From NCBI GenBank assembly GCA_028534125.1, contig CM052817.1, positions 44,084,001 through 44,148,000 on the forward strand: DNA of 64,000 nucleotides, in the 5' to 3' direction. Origin of the DNA: Lama glama (taxonomy: Eukaryota). The position numbers were made by a program, and so were the translations under genes. Below, in pieces: positions 9,711-21,908 of the stretch. Under the pieces are notes generated by a model, which was not told where the DNA came from, did no database searches, and worked only from the letters and a program-made list of their open reading frames with translations. The first letter of the stretch is position 1. Each line of letters opens with the position of its first letter.

Positions 9711-10707
9711 TTTTGCTGAAGTATATTTATAATTTATGATGTGTTAAGTTTCTGGTACATAGCATAGTGAGTCAGTTACATTTTTTCATTATAGTTTAAG
9801 TTATTGAATATAGTTCCCTGTGCTATATATACATATAAATGATATCATGATACTTGTCTGACTTACTTCACTTAGTATGATAATCTCTAGGTCCAACCAC
9901 ATTGCTGCAAATGACATTTTTATGGCTGAGTAGTATTCCATTGTATATACTACATCTTTATCCAGTCATCTGTCAATGGATATTTAGGTTGTTTCCATGT
10001 CTTGGATATTATAAATAGTGCAGCTATGAACATTGGGGTGCAGGTGTCTTTTTGAATTAGGGTTCCCTGTGTATGCATGCCCAGGATGGGATTGCTGGAT
10101 CAAATGGTAAGTCTATTTTTAGTCTTGAGGAATCTCCATACTGTTTTTTCCACAATGGCTGCACCAGACTGCATTCCCACCAGCAGTGTAGGATGGATCC
10201 CTTTCCTCCACACCCTCTTTTAGTGTTTATCATTGAACTTTCGAATGATGGCCATTTTGACTGGTGTGAGGTGATACCTCATTGCAGTTGTGATTTGCAT
10301 TTCTCTGATAATCAGCAATATTGAGCATCTTTTCATGTGCCTACTGGCCATCTAATGTCTATATAGGAGAAACGTCTGTTTCATTGGAGAAATATCTATT
10401 TGGGTCTTCTGCCCATTTTCTGATTGGGTTTTTTTTTGTTTGTTTGTTTTTGGTTTTATTTTTGGTATTGAGTTTGTTATATTGAGTTGTATGAGCTGTT
10501 TGTATATTCTGCAAGTTAATCCCTTGTCAGTTGTGTCATTTGAAAATATTTTTTCCCAGACTGTAAGTTGTCTTTTCATTTTGTTTATGGTTTCCTTTGC
10601 AAAAGTTTGTAAGTTTAATTAGGTCTTTTTCATTTATTTTTGCTTTTATTTCTACTGCCTTGATAGACTGGCCTAGGAAAACATTGCTACGACTTATGTC
10701 AGAATGT
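9711..10707 (-). mobile_element. 5'-truncated L1 inserted in EBLL copy 2
   Basis: L1 ORF2 C-terminal peptide MKRQLTVWEKIFSNDTTDKGL and 3'UTR; TSD caaaactta at 9702-9710 and 10708-10716. Confidence 0.92.
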
Positions 10708-11708
10708 CAAAACTTACTCGTTTCCATGAGTGCATCACATGAGGGAAGTGAGACCACATTTTTGGTAATCTATGGGGCTTTCCTGCTACTGAAAACCCTC
10801 ATTCTCCTCCATTCCACTTTCTAGTACGTTCTGCAAGCCCCTCTATCATCTAAATGAAAAAGTCACACCCAGATTAGGCACTAAAGTTTAGACACAAGGG
10901 CATTGTAATGAAAAGTTAAGGCCAAAGCTGACGGTCTTCTCCAGCATGGTTCTCAAAGCTGCTTCAAAGAAAGTAAGCCAGACTTGTAAGTCAATTCTAA
11001 TCCCCAGCCCGCATGCCCCTACCCTTTTCTGTGGGGGATGTGCAGCACTGTGATCAGGAGTCACAGCTGGGTCTTTGTTCCTCCTTCAAGCTATGCTGTA
11101 AGGCTTCTAGAGGGCAAAGCCACCTCCTTCCTGAGTGCACTCAGCACAGGGGTGTTGACTACAGTCGTCCTCAGACCAATCTCTCCACACAGGCTTTAGC
11201 AGAGAATTGCTTGCTGCCAGCCAGCCACTCACTCTAGAGCCATGGTCGTGAGACCCGGGGGCTAGGTGTGCAAGGTGGGGGAAGGGCAACCCACTTGACT
11301 TGGGAAGCCTCTGGCCACCACATCTCTCACCCACAGGCTTCTAAAGGATTCCGGTCAGGAAAAGATCCCAGCCATTCCAAATAAACAATTAGATCCCTGA
11401 AAGGGCTGTTGGTAGCAAGTTGCTTTATGGATCAAAGGGTTCAGAACTCTATCAAGACTTAAGTTCCTTCATGAGAGTATTTTCTCCAACTCCACTCCCA
11501 TCCCATTTAAGACCTCAGATTTGTGATGTCCTGAAACAGACAAGCATGGAAGCCATAAGGCCCAGAGTGTGATCAGTTCTTAAGCTTAATTTGATCATAA
11601 GAAACAAGATTAGGCCTAGATAAGGAGTTTCCCTAGGGGCAGCCTGAAAATTTGGAGAAGTTAACACTGACCACAGCTGCAAGCTTGAGGTGTCTCCCTT
11701 AATAGGAC

Positions 11709-11827
11709 TTTTTTTTTTGGTGGGGGGTTGGGTAATTAGGTTTATTTTTAGAGGAAGTAGGGGGATTGAACCCAACACCTCACGTGTGCAAAGCACGCAC
11801 TCTACCACTTGAGCTATACCCTCCCCC
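11709..11827 (-). mobile_element. vic-1-like SINE inserted in EBLL copy 2
   Basis: Reverse tRNA head, poly(T), TSD aataggact/aacaggact. Confidence 0.9.
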
Positions 11828-13749
11828 AACAGGACTGATGTTTTTTGAGAATGCTAATGGGTGAGCATCTTCCAACAAGCAGAAGTATAGCTAGGCACTT
11901 TCAGAAGCTGTTGCCTGGCATCTTGGGGATTCTCTGGGCCAGCTGTGGCAGTAGTCTCGTCAAAAGATTTTGCATACATTTCTCCCCTGCTGCTTCTACA
12001 GCAGGCTTGTACTTTGCTATGTATCAGGATTCCACAAAAGGTCAAAGCCATTGGCTTTAGTTACAACATCCAATATTGACTTGCCTACATGTAGGTTTAT
12101 GGGGAACGGGATCTTGCTCATAACAGATCTTTAACAAATCCCTCCAAAGAAACTAACTGCTTCTAGAAGCACAGGTTTAAGTTCACCTGCTTCCAATTTC
12201 TATCATTAAATTCTCTCACTTTTGACCATTTTACTACCCTCTTTTCATTGCTTAGTACTTGTTTGAGTGGCTTATTACAAGATAAAGGTAATTTTCTTCA
12301 ACTAGAGACAGATTTGGTGCTAAGAAATGATACATGGCTACAGCCAACCTCCTGCGACAGTAGCCGTTGCACCCGTGCTGACCAGCTCCAGGTTAACATC
12401 GGATGCTAAGCAGAAACCCAGAGAATGAGCTGAACCCAAGATGGTCTTGGCAGAACTGAGAAATTCCGATTAAAGCTAAGGGCTAGTCAGGATTTGAACT
12501 TGATAAACGCTGAATCCCAGATAGGTTAAGAGAAGACATAAGCAGAAGTTCAGGCTGAACTGAGCACAGTGACCCGAAAGCAGGCAGAATGTGCTTCAGG
12601 CCAAAGCTCGGGGAGGTGACCGCACAGGAGCAACCCGAGTCATGGCCTAGTTTCCATGGGCAGAGGGAAGGCCTGCACTATTCCATGTCTTGTTCTGAAA
12701 GTTTAGAATTGAGAAACTTGATGTTATTCAACCCTCTTTCCTCCCTACTCTCTAGTTATGGTTAAAATTATGAAGTTGTCTCCTCCTAACCCAACATACG
12801 CTAGCTCGGGATCTAGAGCCAGAGGCGTATGCAGTACCACCACCTAGCTGCACAGGACTCATCTGCAGTTGAGTCCCTTAATAGAGTAAACAAGTAAATT
12901 GGCAATTGTTTTGCCCTGCATTTCTAAGGTGGGAAAGGCAAACTTCCGTGAGTTTTGTATTGAGAGATCGGATTTTTCCTTTGCCTGTAATCCACTGAGG
13001 TATTTTGTAGATCTGAAGTATATTTGCATATTCATATTGGCTTTTTGTTTTTAATCTCCCTCAGTTTTTATAATGGTTAAGGATTACAGAAATGGAGGAG
13101 GCTAACAGACAAGGTATCCACTCCATGCACTTCATAGCTTAGAATTCACACTGAAATTTCACCCAGTTCTTAGTTGACAGAATTAAGTCACTGGTATAGA
13201 TGCTTTTGAATTCTTAGAAGCAGAGACATTTCCTAAACATAGACTGACAGTTACAGGTGAGGGCACCACAGGCTGAGCAGTCACAAAATTAATTTCAGTG
13301 TTAGGCAGCCATAGAGAAACAGCCACCCACCCTCATCCCTGGGCTTCTGCTTACAGGAGCCCCCACACGCCTCAAACCCCTCAGTCCTAGTTGTAACTGT
13401 AGTAGTATTGCTTGGAAATGCTGTGACTCTCAACATCCCTGATCTCAACTGTCAAGAAGTTTGACACCAAACAGACTGCCAGTGGACTACACATCTCTTG
13501 AGCAGTCAGTACCAAAGTCAGTATCTTTGTGCTCCTTGAACTTGGCATCCTTCAGGAGTATAATGGAAGCAAAATAACACACACACACCCCCACGGACAA
13601 AGCTAAGACAAAGGTGTATGTTCTTTCTCTTGTACTTTTTCTGCACTTTTCCAGGTTTTCTTAAAGTAGACCCAGGTGTTTTGGCTATAGCATGGATTTG
13701 AAGAGAAAGACTTATGTAGTTGACATACAGGAATTTCAATACAATTTGC

Positions 13750-14260
13750 TATGTAGCACCTGTGAAATCACTCAGGATAGTGAACATAGAATGCTCTCAA
13801 GTCCGTCACAAAGATGCCCCCCATTATCCCCTTTCCCTTTGACAGGGATTCACCCTAAGCTCAAGGAAGCCTCTCAATCCTTAGTGCTCCAGGTAACCAC
13901 CATCTTAACCAGGTGAAACTCCCTCACTTTTCCCAACCACAAAAGCTTCCCCAGACCAGTTATCTAGCAGAAAAATGTTCTCAGGTGAGCAGATCTGACA
14001 CCGAACAGACCAATGTGAAGTAATACATTGCCCAGTCCCCTCACTCCAACATCCAGGTAGAAGGTAAGGGTCAGCCCACAGGTTTTATATTCAGATCAGA
14101 CCATGGCTTTCAAAGGCAATGTGGTTAAGATTAACTCCCTGGTAAAAGGGCTCAAGAGCCTCACGATGCTTGCTTGAAGTTCACTTGAGTTCTACTCTGC
14201 ACTAACACGTCACGAAGAATATTTCCTTCCCTCAAAGAGGTCTAATTCAATAGTCTACGT
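13750..14260 (-). pseudogene. EBLG copy 2 (GP2 half of the glycoprotein)
   Basis: GVNLNHIAFES/RVNVTFMAWNES (14138-14106), TFYLDVG/KYFLNDEG (~14065), WAMYYF/WFGRYF (~14034), EHFSA/EEFEA (13980), VNP/LNP, MGGIF...YVHYP/LGGVL...CVSLP (13824-13775). Confidence 0.7.
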
Positions 14261-14989
14261 CTCCCTCCCAGGGCTCTCACCCAAGCTGATCCCACTGTTA
14301 GTTTTTAAAGTAGGGAAAAGAGGAGCAAGTTTTTCTTCATTTTCTGCCATTATTCTAAACAGAAGTTTCTCTCCAACAGATTTTAGGATTTTAACTAAAA
14401 GACTGGTTGAAAGGAATTTAGAAGTTTCATGAAGAAAGCAAGGTTATTGAATTTGCTTTAGAGATAGAAGCTCTAAACCTGTGTATTTCTTTCTAAGGGG
14501 GTTTATACACGTGCAGTACATTAGCTGAAAAAGTCGTTTTGCTGAAGTATTTTTTATGCTAGAGGTTAAACAGAAATAGACAGAAAAAGCAGGTGACTTC
14601 TCAAAAAGATTTGAGCAGAAGAAACTTCAGAACTCAAAGTCCTATCTTCAGCTACTCTGAGAACTTCGGAGATCCCAGTAACTAAAAGTTTCTCAAGTTG
14701 CAGATAGAGCAGAAAGAAGATATGCCTGAAAAAGTGAGCTCAGGAAGTTGCCCTCAGCTCCTAAAAGGTATTTTTCTTTGCACGCGACAGACTTCCCTTC
14801 TTTGCAGTTTCTCAACCTATTTGCTTAGATTCTCTCGTTTTTCTTTTTTTTTTTTTTTCCTTTACCCTTCACTTCTAAAACAAGCTAAACCCAAACTTCC
14901 CTTGAACTCTCCGAAGTTTGGCTCTTTCTACCCACCCCAACCCTTAGCTATGAGCGAACTCCTTAGGACACAGCATGCCTGTAACACTT

Positions 14990-15175
14990 GAGACTACATT
15001 CCCTATTGGTTTCCACCCACACCCAGCAGCAGCAGCAGAACAATCAAGAGCCTCTGCCAGCCTTCCTCATTTTTATACTCAAAGCCCCGCCTTCTTCTTG
15101 GGTGCGGACCAATAAGAACACGTAGGAGCTACTTTCAGTTCTACAATTGGTCCCTGACCTCCAGCAGGTGAAAAC
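14990..15175 (-). promoter_or_regulatory. Orphan Pol II core promoter oriented leftward (predicted TSS ~15045-15050)
   Basis: Minus-strand TATAAAA at 15077-15071, GC box GGCGGGGC at 15091-15084, CCAAT at 15109-15113 and 15150-15146, E-box CAGGTG at 15165-15170, TGACCT half-site at 15155, ZNF143-like ACTACATTCCC at ~14993; local CpG retention and canonical spacing. Confidence 0.7.
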
Positions 15176-15734
15176 AAGCCTCCGGATGCCCGGATGCTCT
15201 TCAGGCTTCCTATTTTAGAGGTACTGTTCCCCTTCCTTGCTTTTTTATTGCGTTGTAAAGGCTACAGAGTTGTTAAAGACATATTTTGAGAAAATAACTT
15301 AAGAGTCTCATTCGAAAGGTGGCTGAATCAACTTACCCTCTAGCACTAAATCTTAATATGGAAGATTTTGGGTATGCTCTAAGGAATTTCAAAAGGAGAA
15401 GTATAAATAGCTCATTGGTCAGACACACATGTTAAGAGTCAGATATCCTTACCTGCAGACAACGCTTGATTTTCATAGCTCACTTGTGTGTATCATCCAT
15501 CTATTCTTCCATTCGCAAGTATTTTTAAGGCTTGTGATTCAAAGGAAGTGAGAAAGTGACCTAGTGGGGCTTGGGTTTGCATGTGCTTCTCAAACTGCAT
15601 GCTAGGAAGTATGAGAAGCCTCAGGATACGCATGTTTCTGCAAAGTCAATTCTATTTGTAGCTTTGGGGGTAAAAAGCACTGTTTTATGTTAAGATAATA
15701 GCAACCCAAACCAACATAAGTAAACAATTTAATT

Positions 15735-16470
15735 AACAAACAAGGGAGGAGAGGCAAATCTTCCTAACAAAAGAATTTCAAGTAACATATGTTCATACTC
15801 CCTCACATAGAAGGTGGAGTTTAATTCCCCTCCCTTTGAGTGTGGGCTGAACTTAGTGACTCAATTCCAAAGAACAGAGTAGGGAAAGGGGAAATAATAA
15901 TTTCACAGTGACGAAACCTGGCAAGCACTACCTCACCCAAGTGACCCAGGTTAGCATCACCAGTGATAAAGTATGTTGTACTACGGACCCCATGATGTGA
16001 TGTGATGAGAATGCTTCACCCCTGTGGGAGTCTTCCCCAAAACCCATAACCCTATCTAATCATGGGGAAGCAACAAGGGGAACAAAATTGAGAGGCAATC
16101 TACCAAAGTCTGACCAGTACTTTTTAATCAAGTTAATGAAAAATAAGGAAAGACTGAGAAACGGTCACAGGCTGGAAGAGAGTAAGGAGATACCCTAACT
16201 TAATGCAATGTAGTACCCTGGATAGGATCCTGGAACAGAAAAAAAAAAAAAAAGATACTAGTGGAAAAATTGGTGAAATCCAAATAAAGTTGGAGTTTAG
16301 TTCATTGCAGTATATAAATGTTAATCTCATAATTTTTTACATGTGCCATGGTTGTATAAGATGTTAATATTAGGGGAAACTGGGTGAGGGGTATTTGGAA
16401 CTCTCTTCACTGTCCCTGAAGCATTTCTGTAAAACCTACAATTATTCCTAAATAAAACATTTATTTAAAG
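15735..16470 (+). mobile_element. Old L1 (L1MC-like) 3' end
   Basis: ctccctttgagtgtgggctgaacttagtgact...taatgcaatgtagtaccctggataggatcctggaacag, a typical L1MC 3'UTR. Confidence 0.75.
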
Positions 16471-16989
16471 GAAAAATAACAATAAGAAAAGGGAATACAT
16501 TGCAAAACTTGTGTGAATTTTTAAAGTTAAAACATGAGTCTTCAAAGAAATCTTACAGTAAGAGCAGACTACTTTATGCCTCCCCCAAATTTCCCTGAGG
16601 GCACTTTTCCATTTTTAGGGTTAATTTAGGGCAAAAATTTGAGAAGTAGCATGTATACCTAGATTAAATCACATAGCTGCACAGAGGATAGATGGAGGGA
16701 GGATAAGCCTGGAGGTGAGAGGTCAGTTGGAATCAAGCTGGGGTGCAACCAAGTCTAAGGCAATAGGTCAGTAGACAACTAGTTACAATTGATTCATTTG
16801 TTCCTGTGATGGCTACCAGTGCTTTCTGGGAATTTACGAATTCCAACCATTCACTTTCATCTTGAGTTTTCACATGTCTGTAGTCAGGAAAAAGGAAATC
16901 CTCTTCCAAGGTAGCCAGATAGCATCAGTCAAATTGCCAAACATGCTTAAGAAGAATGTGTTTTAAAGACAAAACAACAACAACACAAA

Positions 16990-17066
16990 AGAAAGAAAGG
17001 AAGAAAGGAAGAAAGAAAGAAAGGAAGGAAGGAAGGAAGGAAGGAAGGAAGGAAGGAAGGAAGGAA
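16990..17066 (+). repeat. (GAAA)n/(GGAA)n microsatellite
   Basis: Tandem repeat seen directly. Confidence 0.95.
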
Positions 17067-18169
17067 ACCTCCTGTGAGAGAAGGGTAAGCAGTGGTTAAG
17101 AACATGGACTTTGGATGTACCAGACAAATCTGGGTTTATTAGCTTTGTGACCTCACACTAACCTCCCCAAGTTTCAGTTCCTCATATGTGAAATGGCAAT
17201 AAAATAGCACTTACTGTAAGATTGTTGTGAGGGCTGATTAGTAATAGGAATGACAAGCAACTAGAATAGATCATGGCACAAACACATATAGCACCTTCTA
17301 TCGCCCAGGTCTGATCTGCATGCAATACATAGTGGCTCATTTAATCCCCACAACAATCCTAGTGTTAGTATTTATGTTGCACATGAGAAATCTGAGCCAC
17401 AAGAGGATGACTAATTGGCCCAAAGTAACAGCCTCAATTCAAAACCAAGCAGTCTGGCTCTAGAATATTTGCTTTTAGCCAGCACCCTGCATTCCCTCTT
17501 CTGTAATCAGAAAGGAAGGGAGATAAGCACACCTGAAACTAATATAATATTGTAAACTGACTATAGTTCAATAAAACACATTCCTAATAAAAAAATTTTT
17601 TTAAAAACGAAGGAAGAAGAAAGGGGACATGACATGCTGAGAGGTCCAAAGAAAAGAGGTTCCTTTATAAAAGGGAAATGGTCAGCCTTATATCACAAAT
17701 GTATAAATAATGCAGGGATCAACTGGGAATGATACCAAGTTTACATCCAAGAGGCAAGTGGATGAAAGAATCGACTTGCTCCTGCAGGCTCCATAGTCAG
17801 TGAGAACATTCACCTAGAAGTCATGTAATAACATTGCAAAAGTGAGGCTAATCCAGCTGGAGAAGCTACCTCCCCACATGCCTCTCCCAGTGTTTTCTCA
17901 GTTGATTTCTTGCACAGAAAGCTCAAACAGTCCAGTTCAAAACTAGACGCATGACAGTCCTCACTGCAGAAGAGCCAGCCAACATTCCACAGTTGATCAT
18001 CAGTCTTCTAGGCAAAAGCCAACCCAAGCCTGAGGCAACCTTCTGGAAGGCTCCCACTGCTCCCCAGCCTGAGTGGATGGCAACCACAAAAATGGAGGTA
18101 CAGCTTCAGCTCCTAATTTGACCACCCGTCTCTAATTTTCTATTCAAATAGTAAAAGTTACTACCCTTT

Positions 18170-18372
18170 GAGTCACTCCTCTGAGCCAGGCAATCTGCAT
18201 ACTTTGGTTCACTCAGCCCCCTGAACCTTCATGAGATAAATATTGATACTCCAGTTTATGAATGAGAAAACTCAGGTTCAGAGGTATCAAGCAACTTTCC
18301 CCAAGTTACACAGCCAGTAAGAGGCAGAGGCAGGATTTAAACTCAGGTTGTTCAAATTCCAAGGCCCTGCTC
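18170..18372 (-). mobile_element. MIR
   Basis: gagaaaactcaggttcagagg...ccaagttacacagccagtaagaggcagaggcaggatttaaactcagg, MIR core. Confidence 0.75.
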
Positions 18373-18985
18373 TTAAGCGTTAAGTGTGCCAATTGAGGTT
18401 GTCAAGAAAGTGAGTTTGAAGGGCTGTATGGGGTTGGCAGAGCCACTGACTTGTGACCCTATGTGTCTTTTTTCCAGTGAGATACCCCTGACCCACAAGA
18501 GAAGACAGACAAAATATTCTTCCTGCCCCAGGAGCTCTCCTTAGGGATGGAGGTGCAGAGGGCAAAGGTGTGGGGAAAGGTCCCCAATTTTTATTTCAAC
18601 AGCTTTATTTCAGATCTGTTACTTTTGAACCAAGGCAAACTGTTTCAGAATCCTAGTGCTACCCATCCTTCTGCTTTCCTAGCTCATGCTCCCCTCCCCT
18701 GACCAAAAGGTGAACTAGGGCTTGTGCCAAGAGCGATTCCAGTGTTAGTTTTCTTAACTCATATTCTGAACTGGACTAATTCCAATAGGTTATTCATCAG
18801 AACTAACTGCCATCACCCTGCCTTCTGATGCCTGCCTGGATCCTGGGCCTGCTCTTGGAAGAACAAAGGCAGCCGGGGGAGCAGGTGGTGGAAGGCAGCC
18901 CCCATGCCACACAGCACAGCGGGAAGAACTCTGTGTTGCTGGGCTGCCCTTTGGAAGCTTGGATTTGTTGCTCTCTAACTTGTTA

Positions 18986-19463
18986 CAGGCACACCTCGTT
19001 TTATAGCACTTGGCAGATACTGCATTTTCACAAATTGAAGGTTTGTGCCAACCCTGCGTTAAGCAAGTCTATCAGCCCCATGTTTCCAACAGCATTTGCT
19101 CATTTCATGTCTCTGTGTCACATTTTGTTAATTCTCACAATATTTCAACTTTTTTCATTATTATTATATTTGTTATGGAGATCTGTGATCAGTGGTCTTT
19201 GATGTTACTGTTGCAAAAAGATTACGACTCCCTGAAGGCTCAGATGATGGTTAGCAATTTTTAGCAATAAAGTATTTTTAAATTAAGGTATGCATATTAT
19301 TTTTTAGACATAATGAAATTATACACTTAATAGACTACAGTGTAGTGTAAACATAACTTTTATATGCACTGGGAAACCAACAGATTCTGTGTGATTCACT
19401 TTATTGAGCTACTCTATTACAGTGGTCTGGAACCAAACCCACATTATCTCCAAGATGTGCCTA
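18986..19463 (+). mobile_element. Internally deleted Tigger1-family DNA transposon
   Basis: TA TSDs, TIRs caggcacacctc.../...gatgtgccta, Tigger1 5' and 3' terminal sequences. Confidence 0.88.
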
Positions 19464-21045
19464 TATTTGGATGCAGCTTGTGGTGTTACATATACAGATA
19501 TATCATAGTATTTATTTGACCTTTTACAACACTAGTATGATATTGAACTTCAAAATGTCCAAAGAAGCCTAATTTAGAATATAAACAGATCTAGAACTTC
19601 CCAATGCCTTTCCATGCCTGTATTTCTCTATCCCCTGTTTAAAGTGAGAAAGCAGCTGCAAGCGATGTAGTCAAAAGCCCACTCACAAGGACTTTCTCTT
19701 GACTCCTCCCACCTCGGCATCCACTCTGCCACCACCCTCGTTAAGCCCTTACTTCTCACTTACTCCTTTGCTCTGCCCTCCCAACTGTCTTCACTGTCTT
19801 CAGGGTCCCACTCTCCATGTTGCATCCATAGAGATTTTCCTAAAACACAAAAGTCCTTCTCTGACTCCCCATAATGTTTGAGATAAAGACAAAATTTCTG
19901 CCTCAGCAAAAAAGAGAGAGAGAGAGGTGATTTTATTGACTGACCCAGTCTTCCATCACTCATTCAAGTGCCGTCTGTACGCTCATCCGCCTCAGTTGGT
20001 CCTCCTCCTAGCATTTTTCCAGGGCTGTTTCCTCTAGTACATCTCCTCTCTTTTTCACCCTTTCCATCTACCTGGCTAATTTCCATGCTTTCTTCAAGGA
20101 TCAATACATTTTATCTTCTCCAGAAAGCATTTCTCTGCTAGACTCCCCAGAGTGACTTAGGAACCTCCTCGTGTCCTCTCAGAACAAAAATGCTAATAAT
20201 ATCTCTCATCACAACTCCACCGCCACCACTGTTTGCTTCACTGTTCCCTTCACCAGAACCGAGCTTGTGGAAAACAGAATGTATGATTCTCCTTTGTGTC
20301 CCATTCCCTGGATTAGTTCCTGGCCAGAAATGGTTACTCACTCATGATTTGTGAGGCAATGAAAGGGTGAATAAATGGCAGGCTTGCTGTATCTAGAAAC
20401 AAATGGTGCACTCAAATGCTGTCATTGAGTAGAATTTAACACAGGGGCCATTTATAAAAGTGTAGACGAGGAAAAGGAAACCCATAGGGAAAAATCATCC
20501 CTGGGTTTAGCTTCAACAGGAACTGGGACTATCTCTAGGCCCAAAGGTCCAAGGAAAGAGAGAGTAGTTCCCAGAACCCAGAGAGAATCACTGCAGGAGA
20601 GGACCAGCTGATGGGAGGTGTGGCCTTCAGTAGAGGATGCATCCAACATACAGTATGGAATGACCTGGCATGATGGAAGCTGAGGAAATATTACCCGAAC
20701 TCACTCTCCTTCCATCCACCCAGCTCCTGGTGCTGCCTCTCACCGGCCAAACCAACCAGAAGCTAGAGGGCAAGGCATCCAGTGAAGCAATCAAATGGGT
20801 CAACCTCTCAGGGCACAGAGCAATGGGTAGGGGTGGGGGAAGAGACCCAAAAGTGCAAATGGGAAATATCCAACACAACTTCTCTCCAAGGAAAGAATTG
20901 TTGACTGCATTCTAAAGGTTAAGGGGTTAAGGCTTCAAGAATAAAGATCAGAGAAGAATGTATCTTCTTTACAGCTGATAAGAGTTGGTTCTAAGGAGAA
21001 ATACTTTGATAAGCCAGTTGTGATAAAGAAGAGTGCAATATAGTA

Positions 21046-21908
21046 TTGCTAATTATCAGAGAAAGGCAAATCAAAACTGTAAGGAGGTATCACCTCACGC
21101 AGGTCAGAATGGCCACCATTATAAAGTCCACAAATGATAAATGCTGGAGAGGTCATGGAGAAAAGGGAACCCTCCTACACTGCTGGTGGAAATGTAATTT
21201 GGTGCAGCCACTATGGAAAACAGTATGTTGATTCCTTAAAAACCTAAAAATAGAGTTACTATATGATCCAGCAATCCCAGTCCTGGGCACACATCTGGGG
21301 AAAAAAACTCCAATTTGAAAAGACACCTGCACCCCAATGTTCATAACAGCATTATTTTCAATAGCTAAGACATGGAAGCAACCTCAATGCCCACTGACAG
21401 ATGACTGGATAAAGAAGCTTTGGTATATTTACACAATGGAATACTATTCAGCCATAAAAAGAATAAAGTAATGCCATTTACAGCAACCTGGTTGGACCTG
21501 GAGATTGTCATACTAAGTGAACTGAGTCAGAAGGAGAAAGAAAAATATCGTATGATATCACTTATATGTGGAATCTAAAAAAAAAAGCAGGGGAGCGCAC
21601 AAATGAACTTATTTACAAAACAGAGACAGACTCACAGACATAGAAAACAAATGTATGGTTACCAGAGGGGAAACGGGTTGGGGGGGTCCAGTAAGTTGGA
21701 TTAGCAGATACTAACTACTATATATAAAATAGATAAACAACAAGGTCCTACTATATAGCACAGGGAACTGTGTTCAATACCTTGTAATGACCTGTAATAA
21801 AAAATAATATGAAAAAGAATATATATATATATATATAACTGAATCACTATACTGTATACCAGAAATTAACACATCGTTGTAAATCAACTACACTTCAATT
21901 TAAAAAAA
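21046..21908 (+). mobile_element. 5'-truncated L1
   Basis: ORF2 C-terminus ([21 protein letters not shown]), 3'UTR and A-tail; TSD aagaagagtgcaata/aagaagagcgcaata. Confidence 0.93.

Larger units (their letters stand above)
9400..13740 (-). pseudogene. EBLL copy 2 (L polymerase remnant), interrupted by an L1 and a SINE
   Basis: KSI/KSI (13207), LALDPEL/LDMDPDF (12822), DNFII..RE*/DKAII..RDW (12780), RVTVL/RLTVL (12576), VYQV/IYQV (12508), VNLE..CNGY/INLD..CNGF motif A (12397-12360), TFIL*/TFIIQ (12289), KVQACCRSSRGEMYAK/KVEECWVSDCLYEYGK (12015-11968), KLAAVVSVNFS/KLACLTSSCLS (11686), TTVV/STVV (~11165), EVALPS/DVALES (11126), LEGGT/LEGCT (11090), WGLEL/WGRDL (11006), HLDDRGACRTY/HLTTRGDQPLY (10856-10824). 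Matches below 9710 are weak. Confidence 0.85.
9400..14260 (-). other. Endogenous bornavirus-like element copy 2: G (C-terminal half) followed by L
   Basis: Second colinear series of G and L anchors on the minus strand, upstream of copy 1. Boundaries are approximate; best support is at 10780-14140. Confidence 0.8.
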
